This document shows, in pieces, positions 29,948 to 40,100 of a stretch of DNA of 64,000 bases. The notes below the pieces were generated by a model. The model had not been told where the DNA came from and made no database searches. It saw only the letters and a list, made by a program, of their open reading frames with translations. Source of the DNA: a bacterium. Lineage in GTDB: Bacteria > Krumholzibacteriota > Krumholzibacteriia > LZORAL124-64-63. The stretch is from the NCBI GenBank assembly GCA_016712675.1, contig JADJQR010000001.1:2063737-2127736 (forward strand), in the 5' to 3' direction. The number at the start of each line of letters is the position of its first letter. The first letter of the stretch is position 1. The position numbers and the translations under genes were made by a program.

Positions 29948-30799
29948 ATGCACCAGGGAACCGGAGACCACGGCATGATGGGTTGGCCACGACAGGGTGG
30001 TGGCGCCGGCGGCGGCAGCCGTGCACACCACATCGACGAGATCGCCCACCATTTCCTGGCCGAGGACGACGTCCCGCCGGCGGATATTCCGGCGGTGGTC
30101 GTCGATGCCGCCATTGCGGCGGCCGGGCCGGGGCGCGCGGCGGCCTGCGCAGCCGCCGGTTTGGCGGTCGCGGCCGGGACGATCGGGCTTGGCAGCTGCC
30201 TGATCGAGGACGATGCGGTGGCCTGGTCCTCGTTCTCCTTCCTCGGCCAGTCCCCGCCGCGGGCACTGCCACCGCCGCTGGCCGCGGATCTGCCACGAGG
30301 GGTTCGCTGCCGGAGGGTCGATGACGGCGCGCCGGTACCGCGCTCGTGGGTGCGTTGGCGTCTGCTGGGCGAAGCGTCGGAGGAAACTCTCGCCGCGTGG
30401 GAAGTGCCGAGCGGGCTGCCGGCGGCGGCGCGCGCCCGTATGCCACGCTGGGGAGCACTGGTGTGGTGCGTGGCACCACACGACGCGGCCTTGTCTGCGG
30501 CGCAAGATGCGCTGCGCCGCCTCGTGGGACTGCTTGAGCCGTCGCACGTGGAGTTCCTGGTGCTGCCGACGGCCTGGGACGCGCGGCCCGGCGGCTGGCG
30601 GCTGATCGGTCGGCGCAGCGACCCAGGCTGGCACAACCTGGCGCATCTGCAGGAGGTGGTTCGCGCGGCGGTGGGCGAGCGTCCGGCGGTCGTGCGCCTG
30701 GTTCCGGATGTCGGCGTCGCCGGGGCCGAGGCGGTGGCCGTCCTGGCCGAAATCGCCGGCGCGGTGGCCGGGTCGTCCGCTGCGCGGGCGGCGGGCTGA
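29948..30799 (+). CDS. hypothetical Ala-rich protein immediately downstream of the ParA-CBM48 gene
   Basis: 283-aa ORF 28 nt after the ParA stop, same strand. I recognise no motifs in it. Confidence 0.4.
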   Translation: MHQGTGDHGMMGWPRQGGGAGGGSRAHHIDEIAHHFLAEDDVPPADIPAVVVDAAIAAAGPGRAAACAAAGLAVAAGTIGLGSCLIEDDAVAWSSFSFLGQSPPRALPPPLAADLPRGVRCRRVDDGAPVPRSWVRWRLLGEASEETLAAWEVPSGLPAAARARMPRWGALVWCVAPHDAALSAAQDALRRLVGLLEPSHVEFLVLPTAWDARPGGWRLIGRRSDPGWHNLAHLQEVVRAAVGERPAVVRLVPDVGVAGAEAVAVLAEIAGAVAGSSAARAAG

Positions 30800-30867
30800 A
30801 CCACGGCCTCGTTTTCGGTGGACCGCGCGCCGCCCCTGACCTACCGTGCCGGCGTTGCCGTTCAGTC

Positions 30868-32280
30868 ATGCCCCATGGCTCGAGGTGCCCCGCGCCGATG
30901 CCCGCTTCGCCGTCCGGTCCCACATTGCCCCCGCTGGCCCTCGGGCTCTGGTGCGCGGCTTTGTTTACCCTCCCGTGGGTGGGCGCGGACCTGATCATCC
31001 TGCTGACCGGTCGCGATGCCGGGGCCGGGTTGCAACCGTCGTGGCTACTGGCGGCCGGCGCCTGGCTGGCCGCTGGCCGGCCTCGGCACCGGTGGCGCGT
31101 GCCCACCGTCTGGCGCCGAGTGGCGCTGCTGGCGGGGGCGGCCGTCCTGGTGTCGGGCGCCGGCCTGGTCGTGGCGCCGGCTCCGGTGGGTTGGGATCTC
31201 GCACTTGTGCGATTTCTCAAGCAAATCCTGCAACTAGCTGTCATGGCAATGTTTATGGCTTGGCCTGTCGTGCATCTGGTGGGCTCGCGTGAATGGAAGC
31301 GCACGGCGCAGTGGCTGGTGGCGGGCGCCCTCCTGCAGGCGGCCTACGGGGCGCTGCAGCAGGTCTCCGGTGCCGAGCCGTTGCCCCTGCTCGCGGCATT
31401 GGACGCGGTCTTCACGTCGAACCCGTCGATCCTCAGTGGATCGACGATGCTCTACGTGGGGGATCGCTTCGTCGACGTGCCGCGGCTGCGCGGCACCGCC
31501 TGCGAACCGCTCTACCTGGGCAACTACCTGCTGCTGGTGCTGCCGATGTTGGTGCTCACCGGCTGGCGACGGCGCTGGCGCCTGAGCGCTGCGGCGGTGC
31601 TCGGCCTGCTGTTGCTGCTGACCTGGTCCCGCGGCGCCTGGCTGGGGGCCGGAGCCGCTTGGGTGGTGGCGGCCTGGTGGGGACCGAGGGGCGCCGCATC
31701 TGCCCCCGCAACGCCTCGCCACCGGTGGCGGCGGTGGGTGGCCGGGCTTGCCGGGGCGTCGGGGCTGATCCTGCTGGCGATGGCCGCGGGCTGGGAGGAG
31801 GCCGGACTGCCTCTGCGGCGCTTGGCGCAGTCGTTCAGCCATCACGACTGGTCCAATCTCACGCGTCTCTACTCTGTGCAGGCCGCGTGGCGGGCGTGGC
31901 TTCTGAGTCCGGTGGTCGGCATCGGCTGGGGACAGTTCGGCTGGCACTTCCCGGCCCTCGTCGACCCGACCGGCCTGCAGGCGATGTTCACCTGGCCGGT
32001 GGTGGGCAACCTCCCGCTCCTGATTCTGTGCGAAACGGGACTGGCCGGCGCGGCAGCGCTCATCTGGGCCGCGGCCGGGCTGGCGCGTGGCGTCGTGCGT
32101 GCCCGACGGGAGCTTCGCTCGGCGGAAGGCCAGCGCGTCGGGGCCTGCGCGATCGCGGCAACGGGCATCGCAGTGCAGTACCTGTCGTTCTCGCAGTACA
32201 ACCTTGCCCATGCCTGGGTGGCCCTGGGCCTGCTGGCGACGGCGCTGCTGGAGGCCCGGCGCACGGGGAAGCCGGCATGA
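30868..32280 (+). CDS. O-antigen ligase / polymerase family (Wzy_C) membrane protein
   Basis: Multi-TM protein with the LLLLTWSRGAWLGAG O-antigen-ligase motif. Confidence 0.7.
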   Translation: MPHGSRCPAPMPASPSGPTLPPLALGLWCAALFTLPWVGADLIILLTGRDAGAGLQPSWLLAAGAWLAAGRPRHRWRVPTVWRRVALLAGAAVLVSGAGLVVAPAPVGWDLALVRFLKQILQLAVMAMFMAWPVVHLVGSREWKRTAQWLVAGALLQAAYGALQQVSGAEPLPLLAALDAVFTSNPSILSGSTMLYVGDRFVDVPRLRGTACEPLYLGNYLLLVLPMLVLTGWRRRWRLSAAAVLGLLLLLTWSRGAWLGAGAAWVVAAWWGPRGAASAPATPRHRWRRWVAGLAGASGLILLAMAAGWEEAGLPLRRLAQSFSHHDWSNLTRLYSVQAAWRAWLLSPVVGIGWGQFGWHFPALVDPTGLQAMFTWPVVGNLPLLILCETGLAGAAALIWAAAGLARGVVRARRELRSAEGQRVGACAIAATGIAVQYLSFSQYNLAHAWVALGLLATALLEARRTGKPA

Positions 32281-33410
32281 CGGCGCGTCCGGTCATCGTG
32301 CTTGAGGCGCTGTCCGTGCGCAACGAGCCGACGGGCGTGGCGGGCAGCGCGCGCGAGTTGATCATGGCGCTGGCGGCAAGGGAGCGCGGCTTCGACTTCG
32401 TCGTCGTTGCCGGTGACGGGACGGCGTTCGCCGACCTTGCCGACCTTCCCGACTGGAGCGTCCGCACGGCCGGCGCGGCAGGGGTTGGGCGGCGCGAGTG
32501 GGCACGCCAGGTGTTCGTGCCGGCGGTGTGTCGGCGGGTGGACGCGGCACTGGTCCACGCACTGCAGCCGGTGGCGCCGTGGGCGGCGCCCTGCCCGGTC
32601 GTCCTGACGGTGCACGACCTGGTCTGGCGGACGCTGCCGCACGTGATCGCGCAGCCGCGCCGGGCCTGGCTGCGCGCAGCGGTCCCTTTCTCGCTGGCCC
32701 GCGCGCACCTGCTATTGGCCAACAGCCGCGCGACGGCCTCGGCGCTGGCCACCGCATTCCCTCGCCTGGCCACGCGCGTGCGCGAGGTGCCGTTCGGAAC
32801 GCCGGGCTGGGCACTTGCGGGTGCCGGTCCAGCCCCTCCTCGGGCCGGCCGCGATTTCTTCCTCTTTGTGGGTACGATCGAGCCCCGCAAGAACCTGCCA
32901 CGCCTGCTCGACGCCTACGAGATCCTGCTCGCGCGGACGGCGGGAGAGGCCCCGGACCTCTGTCTGGCCGGGCCGCCCGGCTGGGGCCTGGGGCCGGTGA
33001 TGGAGCGTCTTGCGCGGCCTTCGCTCGCAGAGCGGGTCCGCCTGACCGGGTGGTGCGAACCGGAAGCCCTACGCGTGCTCTACGGCACGGCGCTGGCCCT
33101 GGTCTTTCCGTCGTTGGACGAAGGTTTCGGGTTGCCCGTGCTCGAGGCGATGGGCAGCGGCCTGCCCGTGCTCACGGCCGACCGCGGGGCGACTGCCGAG
33201 GTTGCCGGCGGCGACGCGCTTCTGGTCGATCCGGACGATACCATCGCCATCGTTGACGGCATGGCACGTCTGGCCCGCGATCCGGCCCTGCGCGCGCGCC
33301 TGGCGGCGGCAGGCCGGCGCCGGGCAGCGGCCTGGACCTGGACGCGCACAGCTGACTTGACGGCAGCGGCTTACGCCGAGATCGCCGCTCCTGCCGCAGC
33401 CAGAAAGTGA
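32277..33410 (+). CDS. glycosyltransferase family 1
   Basis: FVGTIEPRKNLPRLLDAY...EGFGLPVLEAMGSGLPVL; ATGA overlap with the upstream stop. Confidence 0.8.
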   Translation: MTARPVIVLEALSVRNEPTGVAGSARELIMALAARERGFDFVVVAGDGTAFADLADLPDWSVRTAGAAGVGRREWARQVFVPAVCRRVDAALVHALQPVAPWAAPCPVVLTVHDLVWRTLPHVIAQPRRAWLRAAVPFSLARAHLLLANSRATASALATAFPRLATRVREVPFGTPGWALAGAGPAPPRAGRDFFLFVGTIEPRKNLPRLLDAYEILLARTAGEAPDLCLAGPPGWGLGPVMERLARPSLAERVRLTGWCEPEALRVLYGTALALVFPSLDEGFGLPVLEAMGSGLPVLTADRGATAEVAGGDALLVDPDDTIAIVDGMARLARDPALRARLAAAGRRRAAAWTWTRTADLTAAAYAEIAAPAAARK

Positions 33411-33478
33411 TTGCCTGCCCAGCGGGCTTGCCGTAGCTTGCAGCCAGCGCCCGACTTCCTGCGGGGTCGGACGGATCG

Positions 33479-34756
33479 GTGTCGGTGGGAGGTAACGTGG
33501 AGCTCGAAATCGTCGCACTGCTGGGGTTCGCGGCAGCGTTCCTGATGTCGTGGCTGGTCCAGCCGCACTTCCGGAACCTCGGTTTCCTGACCGAGATCGT
33601 CGACCATCCCGGCTACCGGCGCGCGCACCGCGAGCCGGTGCCACGCACAGGCGGCATGGCGATCTTCATCTCGTTCTTCTGCGCGCTGTTCTTCCTGGAA
33701 CACGTCATCCTCGACACCCGCCTGCCCTGGTCATGGCTGGGTATCCTCAGTGGCGCCGGGCTGGCGATCCTGGCCCTGGGTGTCGGTGACGACCGCTTCG
33801 GGATCCATGCCGAGAAGAAGCTCTATGGCCAACTGGTGGTGATCCTCGCGCTGATGCTGTTCGGGCAGCGCCTCGACACGGTGACCATGCCCCTGGTCGG
33901 GACGGTCCCGCTGGGAGGCTGGGCCTGGCCGGTGACGCTGCTGTGGTACCTGGGCTTCATCAACTCGATGAACCTGATCGACGGACTGGACGGCCTGGCC
34001 AGCGGCATCAGCGTTCTGGCATCGGCGGCGCTCGTGGTCATCTCGATGGCCGTGCAGGAGATGTTCTCGACGCTCTTTGCAGCCACCGTCTGCGGTGCCA
34101 CCATGGCCTTCTTCTATTGGAACGTCAGCAAACGGAAGATCTTCCTGGGTGATTCCGGCAGCATGTGGATGGGGCTGGTGCTGGCCAGCCTGATGTTGAA
34201 CCTCAGCCAGATCGCGCCCATCCAGCTGCCGGTCCTGCTGGCGCCGATGATCGTGCCGATCTGGGACACGGGCACGACCATCATCCGCCGCTACCGCCGG
34301 CGCACCTCGATTTTCCAGGCTGACGACTTCCACCTGCACCACCGGCTGCTGCGGCTCGGGTTCTCGCCGGCAGGCGCGACCCTCTGTCTCCTGCTGGTGA
34401 CCACGGGCACGACGCTGTTCGCGCTGAGCGATTTCCTGGATGCGGCCTGGCTCGGTCTGCCCGCGATGGGGATGTGGATGGTCGCGGCGCAGCTTGGCGC
34501 CCAGCGGCACCTCCGGAACCGGCAACACGGCCTGGATCTCTTCAGCGAGTTGTCGTACGCGCTGGGCCTGGACGACCGGCTGGACAAGCTGACCGGACGC
34601 ATCGAACAGGACGTTGCCGACATCATCGACCTGCAGGCCGAACGGCAACGCGTGGCCCGTCTGAGGGCCGGCCGGCGCGACGGGACAACCGGAGCGGTGG
34701 CCGAGACGGAGGATGCACCGGTTGTCGTTCGACCCCGTTCCGGCGACCATTACTGA
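33479..34756 (+). CDS. WecA/MraY-family polyprenyl-phosphate N-acetylhexosamine-1-phosphate transferase with a ~100-aa C-terminal extension
   Basis: NSMNLIDGLDGLASG hallmark and a multi-TM profile. Confidence 0.8.
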   Translation: MSVGGNVELEIVALLGFAAAFLMSWLVQPHFRNLGFLTEIVDHPGYRRAHREPVPRTGGMAIFISFFCALFFLEHVILDTRLPWSWLGILSGAGLAILALGVGDDRFGIHAEKKLYGQLVVILALMLFGQRLDTVTMPLVGTVPLGGWAWPVTLLWYLGFINSMNLIDGLDGLASGISVLASAALVVISMAVQEMFSTLFAATVCGATMAFFYWNVSKRKIFLGDSGSMWMGLVLASLMLNLSQIAPIQLPVLLAPMIVPIWDTGTTIIRRYRRRTSIFQADDFHLHHRLLRLGFSPAGATLCLLLVTTGTTLFALSDFLDAAWLGLPAMGMWMVAAQLGAQRHLRNRQHGLDLFSELSYALGLDDRLDKLTGRIEQDVADIIDLQAERQRVARLRAGRRDGTTGAVAETEDAPVVVRPRSGDHY

Positions 34757-35378
34757 ACTCTGCCGGGGAGCGTCGGCGTCCTGGCGGGCCCTGGAACTGG
34801 GCTGCGGCGACGGCCAGATGCGGGCGCACGTACGCGCCGCCGGTGCCTGGTGCGCCGGCCTGGACTGCGCGCCCCGCGGCCTGGCAGCCGCCGTCGATGT
34901 CCGCGGTGATGCCCGCCACCCGCCGCTGCGGGCCCGTTCGCTGGATCTGGTCCTGGCGGCCAACCTGGTCCGCCATCTGGTCCCCGGCGATCCGGAGTTG
35001 CGGTTCCTCGCCTCCTGGCTGGAGCTGTTGCGACCGGGCGGTTCGGTGTTCGTGCTGGAGGATGAGCCGTCATCCGGGGCCGCGGCCGCCAACCATCGCG
35101 ACCTCCAAGCGCTCCTGGCCCGGTTGGCCCCGACGGCGCGCGGGCCCTTGCTGGCCAAAGATACATTCGAGACCTTGTTGCCCGCGCACCTGCGCAGGTG
35201 CGTCGTGGCCGGTGGCACCGAAGCCAACCGGTGGCGGCAGGACGCGGCCGCTGCCATGGCGATGCTCGCCAGTGGACACCCGCGCGCGGGCGGGGAAGCG
35301 GACCGCTTGCTGTCGGCGATCCGCCGGCACGGACTGGAGTGCGGCCGCATGTGGTGGCTGCGCCTGCAGGCCGAATGA
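34713..35378 (+). CDS. class I SAM-dependent methyltransferase
   Basis: ALELGCGDG motif I. Overlaps the wecA-like 3' end by 44 nt, so the start is uncertain. Confidence 0.6.
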   Translation: MHRLSFDPVPATITELCRGASASWRALELGCGDGQMRAHVRAAGAWCAGLDCAPRGLAAAVDVRGDARHPPLRARSLDLVLAANLVRHLVPGDPELRFLASWLELLRPGGSVFVLEDEPSSGAAAANHRDLQALLARLAPTARGPLLAKDTFETLLPAHLRRCVVAGGTEANRWRQDAAAAMAMLASGHPRAGGEADRLLSAIRRHGLECGRMWWLRLQAE

Positions 35379-35390
35379 ACCGATAGGCGA

Positions 35391-35435
35391 CGGACCGACA
35401 GACGATGGACCGACAAGCAAGGGACCGACAAGGCG
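35391..35435 (+). repeat. three direct repeats of GGACCGACA with 15-bp period
   Basis: GGACCGACAgacgat / GGACCGACAagcaag / GGACCGACAaggcgt between the methyltransferase stop and the likely start of the downstream orphan. Confidence 0.7.
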
Positions 35436-35467
35436 TGAAGCGACGAGTCCGGACGGGGAGGGGCGGC

Positions 35468-36766
35468 ATGGCGCGACGCAGGCGCGGCGTTCTGATGGTC
35501 ACGCTGGTCGGGGCGCTGGCTGGCCTGGCCTTCCTGACGGCTGGACAACCGGGTGCGGTGGATTGGCGTCGCCTGCGCGCCGTGGCCTTGCACAGTGACG
35601 ATTGGGGTTTGGCGGGCTTCGTGCCGTCGGTCGACGCCTGGGTCGGCTTGGACAGGGCAGCCCTGTCTCCTGGGCGCTTCCCGGACGTCTACTGGAATTC
35701 GACGCTCGAGGACAGCGCCTGCGTGGCCCGGTTGGCGGCGGTTTTGGCCGGCGGCCGCGGGCGCGACGGGCGCCCGGCCGTCCTGCAGCCGAACTACGTG
35801 GTGTCGGCGCTGGACTGGACCGGCGGACAGTGGGTCCGGCGAGACCTGCCCGACTTCCCGGAGACCTACCGACGGCCCGGGCTGTGGCAGGCGATGGCCG
35901 AAGCCATGTGGGCCGGGGTTTGGTATCCCGAGTACCATGCGGCCTGGCATTACGACCCGCAACGGCGACGTCAGGCGGTCGCTGCCGGCGGCGTGGCCCT
36001 GGCGGCGGCCGAACGGGGGGTCATGCTCTTCCCGGGCAGCGAAGCGGCGCGGGAATTGGGCCCGTGGCGTCCGACCTCCGAACTTGCCGCGGAGCTCGAT
36101 GCCGGACTGGCCGTGTTCACGGCGGCCTTCGGACGGGGTCCGGGTTCCATCATCGCACCTGATTACACCTGGGATGGCCGCTGCGAGGACCTGTGGGAAT
36201 CCCGGGGGCTGACCGTGATCCAGGCCAAACGCGAGCAGCGCCACCCGGGTCTGCCGCCGGGCGCTGGTGGCCGGGTGCTCAAGGTCCTGGATCGGCAGTG
36301 GTCGCGGGCGCGCCATCGCGGCCGGATCTACCTCGAGCGCAATTGCCGGTTGGAGCCGGCACAGGCGCCTGACGCGGGTGCGGTTGTGGCGGCGTGCCTG
36401 GATCAGACGCGGCGCGCTTGGCGGTGCGGAGAGCCAGCCATCGTCGAGACCCACCGCGTGAATTTCGCGCACGGCGACGCGGCCGTGGCTGCGGCCGGAC
36501 GCGAGGCCTTGGCCGTCTATCTTGCCGGGCTGGCAGGGCTGGGGGAGACGGGCCCGGTATTCCTGGTCGATGCCGAGATCGCCTCCCTGGTTCGCCGGGG
36601 GACAAGCCTGGTCGAGGCTGGCGACGTCCTGGTGGCACGAAACGGCACCCGTTCGCGGCGCCTGGCGATCCCGGTCGCGCCGGCGGGTCCGCCGAAGGGG
36701 ACGGTAGCGTTGTACCTGCTCGAAGGAGGGTTCCAGGGCCTGGTGGCGGCCGGGCGTTCTCGCTGA
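35468..36766 (+). CDS. hypothetical secreted protein (RRRR plus hydrophobic N-terminus)
   Basis: MARRRRGVLMVTLVGALAGLAFLTA is signal-like, possibly Tat. Otherwise unrecognised; HSDDWGL is weakly deacetylase-like. The track ORF starts at 35405, within the repeats. Confidence 0.45.
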   Translation: MARRRRGVLMVTLVGALAGLAFLTAGQPGAVDWRRLRAVALHSDDWGLAGFVPSVDAWVGLDRAALSPGRFPDVYWNSTLEDSACVARLAAVLAGGRGRDGRPAVLQPNYVVSALDWTGGQWVRRDLPDFPETYRRPGLWQAMAEAMWAGVWYPEYHAAWHYDPQRRRQAVAAGGVALAAAERGVMLFPGSEAARELGPWRPTSELAAELDAGLAVFTAAFGRGPGSIIAPDYTWDGRCEDLWESRGLTVIQAKREQRHPGLPPGAGGRVLKVLDRQWSRARHRGRIYLERNCRLEPAQAPDAGAVVAACLDQTRRAWRCGEPAIVETHRVNFAHGDAAVAAAGREALAVYLAGLAGLGETGPVFLVDAEIASLVRRGTSLVEAGDVLVARNGTRSRRLAIPVAPAGPPKGTVALYLLEGGFQGLVAAGRSR

Positions 36767-36846
36767 CATCGGTCCGGCGTCGGTCTTCGAACATGGCCTG
36801 TCAATTATGATTATTTTGAGAGGCGGACGTGGCTACTTTTGTGTCA

Positions 36847-36875
36847 TTGACCAATTTTGCCGTCTTTGGTATAGT
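36847..36875 (+). promoter_or_regulatory. near-consensus sigma70 promoter TTGACC-N17-TATAGT in an AT-rich island
   Basis: -35 TTGACC at 36847-36852, 17-nt spacer, -10 TATAGT at 36870-36875. The local AT-rich patch (36800-36880) sits in a 70 % GC genome. It lies ~255 nt upstream of the C25 protease start. Confidence 0.6.
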
Positions 36876-37130
36876 CTAGGGACCGCCCACGGGAGCATTC
36901 GCACCAACTTCGGCGCTTGGCCGCTGCGGGAACACGATTCCCGCCCAGCGGTCGATCGGGAGGAAGCCAGGTCTCTCTGTTAACGAGCAGCAGTCCCGGT
37001 ATTTGAACGGCAGCCACCCGTTCGGTACTCGGGCAGGATCGACCAGAGGTTCCCGAGGTTCGCGCCTCGTCACGACTGTTGACGTCACCGTCCGTTCATT
37101 CGGGCGTTCGCCCCGACCGGAGGCCAGCAG

Positions 37131-40100
37131 ATGAATGCGTCCGTCATCCGTGTCTTGTCCCGCTTCGCCCTCGCGGGCACGCTCGCGATCCTGGCTCCCC
37201 TCAGCGCCCTGGGCGCCGGTGCGGGCGTCGTGGTCCATGAAGGTTCGTTCGCGGCGCGCGATCTCGCCTGGGAGCGCGATCGCGACGGCGCGGCCTATCC
37301 CGCGCTGCCCGGTCTGCGCGGCATCGATGATCCCGGCAGCCCACGCCTGCCGTTGCAGACGCTGCTGTTGCTCGTGCCAGCTGACGCGAACGTCGTCGAC
37401 GCCTGGATCGAGCCGCTGCAGACGCACGCCGAGAAGGTCCCCGGCCCGCTGGCGCGGGGCGAGGCCCTGTTCACCGACACCGGCGGGAAGGTGTTGACCA
37501 AGCGCCTTCCCGATGACGGTGCGACCTACCCGGCCGCCTGGGGTCGCTTCGCCGGCACCCACACCTGGCGCGGCTACCGCCTGCTCGCCGTCGAGGTCTA
37601 TCCCCTGCGGCAGGCCGGCGAGGGCGACGAGATCACGCTGGAGTTCCTGGACCGCTACGCGGTACGCGTCGCCTACGGCGCGACGCCGCCCTCTGACGAC
37701 ATGGCCATTCGCGGCCGTCTGTCCGCGGCCGAGGTGAAGGCGAACAACGACATGCTGGCACGCCTGGTGGCCAACCCCGGCGAACTTGCCGGCTACCGGC
37801 GCGAACACGGCGTGGCCGTGGCGACGCCAGCCGGCGGCTTCAGTCCCGACAAGACGCCTAGCTTGTCCGGCAGCGCGGTCGAGTACCTGATCATCACGAA
37901 CGAGGCGATGAAGCCGGCGTTCGAGGTGCTGGCGGCCCACAAGACGGCCCAGGGTCTGCCGACGGTCGTCGCCACGCACGAGTTCATCGAGGCGAACTAC
38001 CGGCAAGGCGCGGATCTGCAGGAATCGGTGCGGATGTTCATCCGCGACGCCTACGAGAAGTGGGGTTTGGAGTATGTGCTGCTGGGTGGCGACTCGGACG
38101 TCCTGCCTCCGCGCTACGTGATCAATTCCTTCTACCCTATCAGCGGTTCCACGGCGATCCCCTGCGATCTGTACTTCGCGTGTCTTGACGGCAGCTGGAA
38201 CGCGGACGGGGACCATCTCTATGGCGAACCGGTCACCGCCACGACCACGGGTGACCTGGCCGACTTCGCCGAGGAGGTCTACATCGGGCGCGCAGCGGTC
38301 TCGACGCCGGAAGCCGCGACCGTCTTCGTGAACAAGGTGATCGGCTACGAGGGTGTGCCCGCGGGCGCCGCCTGGACGAACCGCGCGCTGTTCGCGGCCG
38401 AGGTGCTGTTCCCGGAGGACTTCCAGCACGAGGGTTACATCATCCTGGACGGCGCGAAGTTCGCCCACGAGCAGATCGTCAACCACATCCAGCCGTGCAC
38501 CGACATGGAGTACACCCGGATGTACGAGACCGACCTGCAGTACCCGCGTGACGCGGGTCTGACGCGGGCGGCATTGGTCGACACGCTGGACACCGGCCAC
38601 TACGGCATCGTCAACCAGATCGGCCACGGCTACTACTTCAACATGTCTGTTGGCGACGCGAACTTCATGACGACCGACGCCGACAACCTGACCAACGCCG
38701 GGCGCCCGTTCATGATCTACGCGCTCAACTGCGCCTCGGCCGCCTTCGACAACAGTTGTCTGCTCGAGCGGTTCGTGCAGAACCCGGGCGGCGGTGCCGT
38801 CTGCTCGATCGGGTCGGTTCGCGCGGCATTCCCGAACAACTCGAACGCCTACCAGCAGGAGTTCTTCAGCGAGTTGTACTGTACGGCGGAGAACCGCGTC
38901 GGCCGTCTGCTGGCGCTGAGTCGGCTGCCGTTCATCGGGTTGACGGCCAACAATTACGTCGACCGCTGGACGTTCGAGAACTACACGCTGCTCGGGGATC
39001 CGACGCTGCCGATCTGGACCGGCGTTCCGCAGGCGGCGTCGGTGGCGGCTCCGGCTTCGCTCGCCGTCGGCGCGCAGGTCCTGCCGGTCACCGTCACCGT
39101 TGCCGGGATGCCCGTCGCCGGCGCGCGCGTTTGCCTGCAGAAGGCAGGCGAGGAACTGGCCTGGGGCCTGACCGATGGGGCCGGGCAGGTCAGCCTGTCC
39201 GTCCTGCCGACCAGCCCCGGTTCGGCCACCCTCACGGTGACGGGACGCAATCTGGCCCGGTACGCGGCCACGCTGCCGGTGGTCGCCGGCGGCGCCTATC
39301 TGAAGGTCGAATCCGCGTTCATCGCGGACAACGGTGTCGGGGGGAGCGACGGCAACGGGGACGGTTTCGCCGACGCGGGCGAGACCATCGCGATCTGGAT
39401 GGTCCTGCGCGAGACGGGGGGCGTGCCGGCGACCGGCCTGGTCGGCACGGTCAGCTGCGCGCAGCCCGGGGTGACGATCCTGGTGCCGACGGCTTCGTTC
39501 GGGTCGGTTCTGGCGGGGGGCACCGCCCCGGCTCTGACCCCGCTCGTGGTGGCGATCGATCCGGCAGTGGTCGACGCGGCGACGCTGGTGTTCACGATGG
39601 ACGTCGCGCACGGCGGCGGCAGTTCGTTGTCGGAGTGGCCCCTGACGGTGAGGGCGCCCGAGCTCGAGGTCGCCCTTCTGGACTGGGAAGACGCGACGTG
39701 GGGCGACGGGGACGGCATGCTCGAGATCGGCGAACGCCTGGGTGTGACGGTGGCCGTCAAGAACTACGGCACCGGGGCGAGCGGCCCGGTGACCGGCGTC
39801 CTGCGGACCGACAGCGCCTTCGTGACGCGCTACGACTCGCTGGCGACCTGGGCGACCCTGGGCCTGCTGGAAGAGGGGACCGGCGGCCCCGCGTTCTCGA
39901 TGGCAATCGATCCCAGCCGCAACAGTGCCGCGCGGATCGTCCTGACGGACGCTCACGGACGCACGCTGCGGCACGACTTCACGCTGCCGCGGCCGGACAC
40001 GCCGACGGGGATCAATACCGACACTTCGCTGGGCGCCGATGTCATCGCCATCTCCTGGGCGCCATCGGTGGCGACGGACATCCGTGGGTATCACGTGTAC

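Noticed and set aside
35405-35467. ATG at 35405 as the start of the secreted orphan
   Set aside because: That codon lies inside the phased GGACCGACA repeats and adds a highly charged pre-sequence in front of an obvious signal peptide. The ATG at 35468 fits better.
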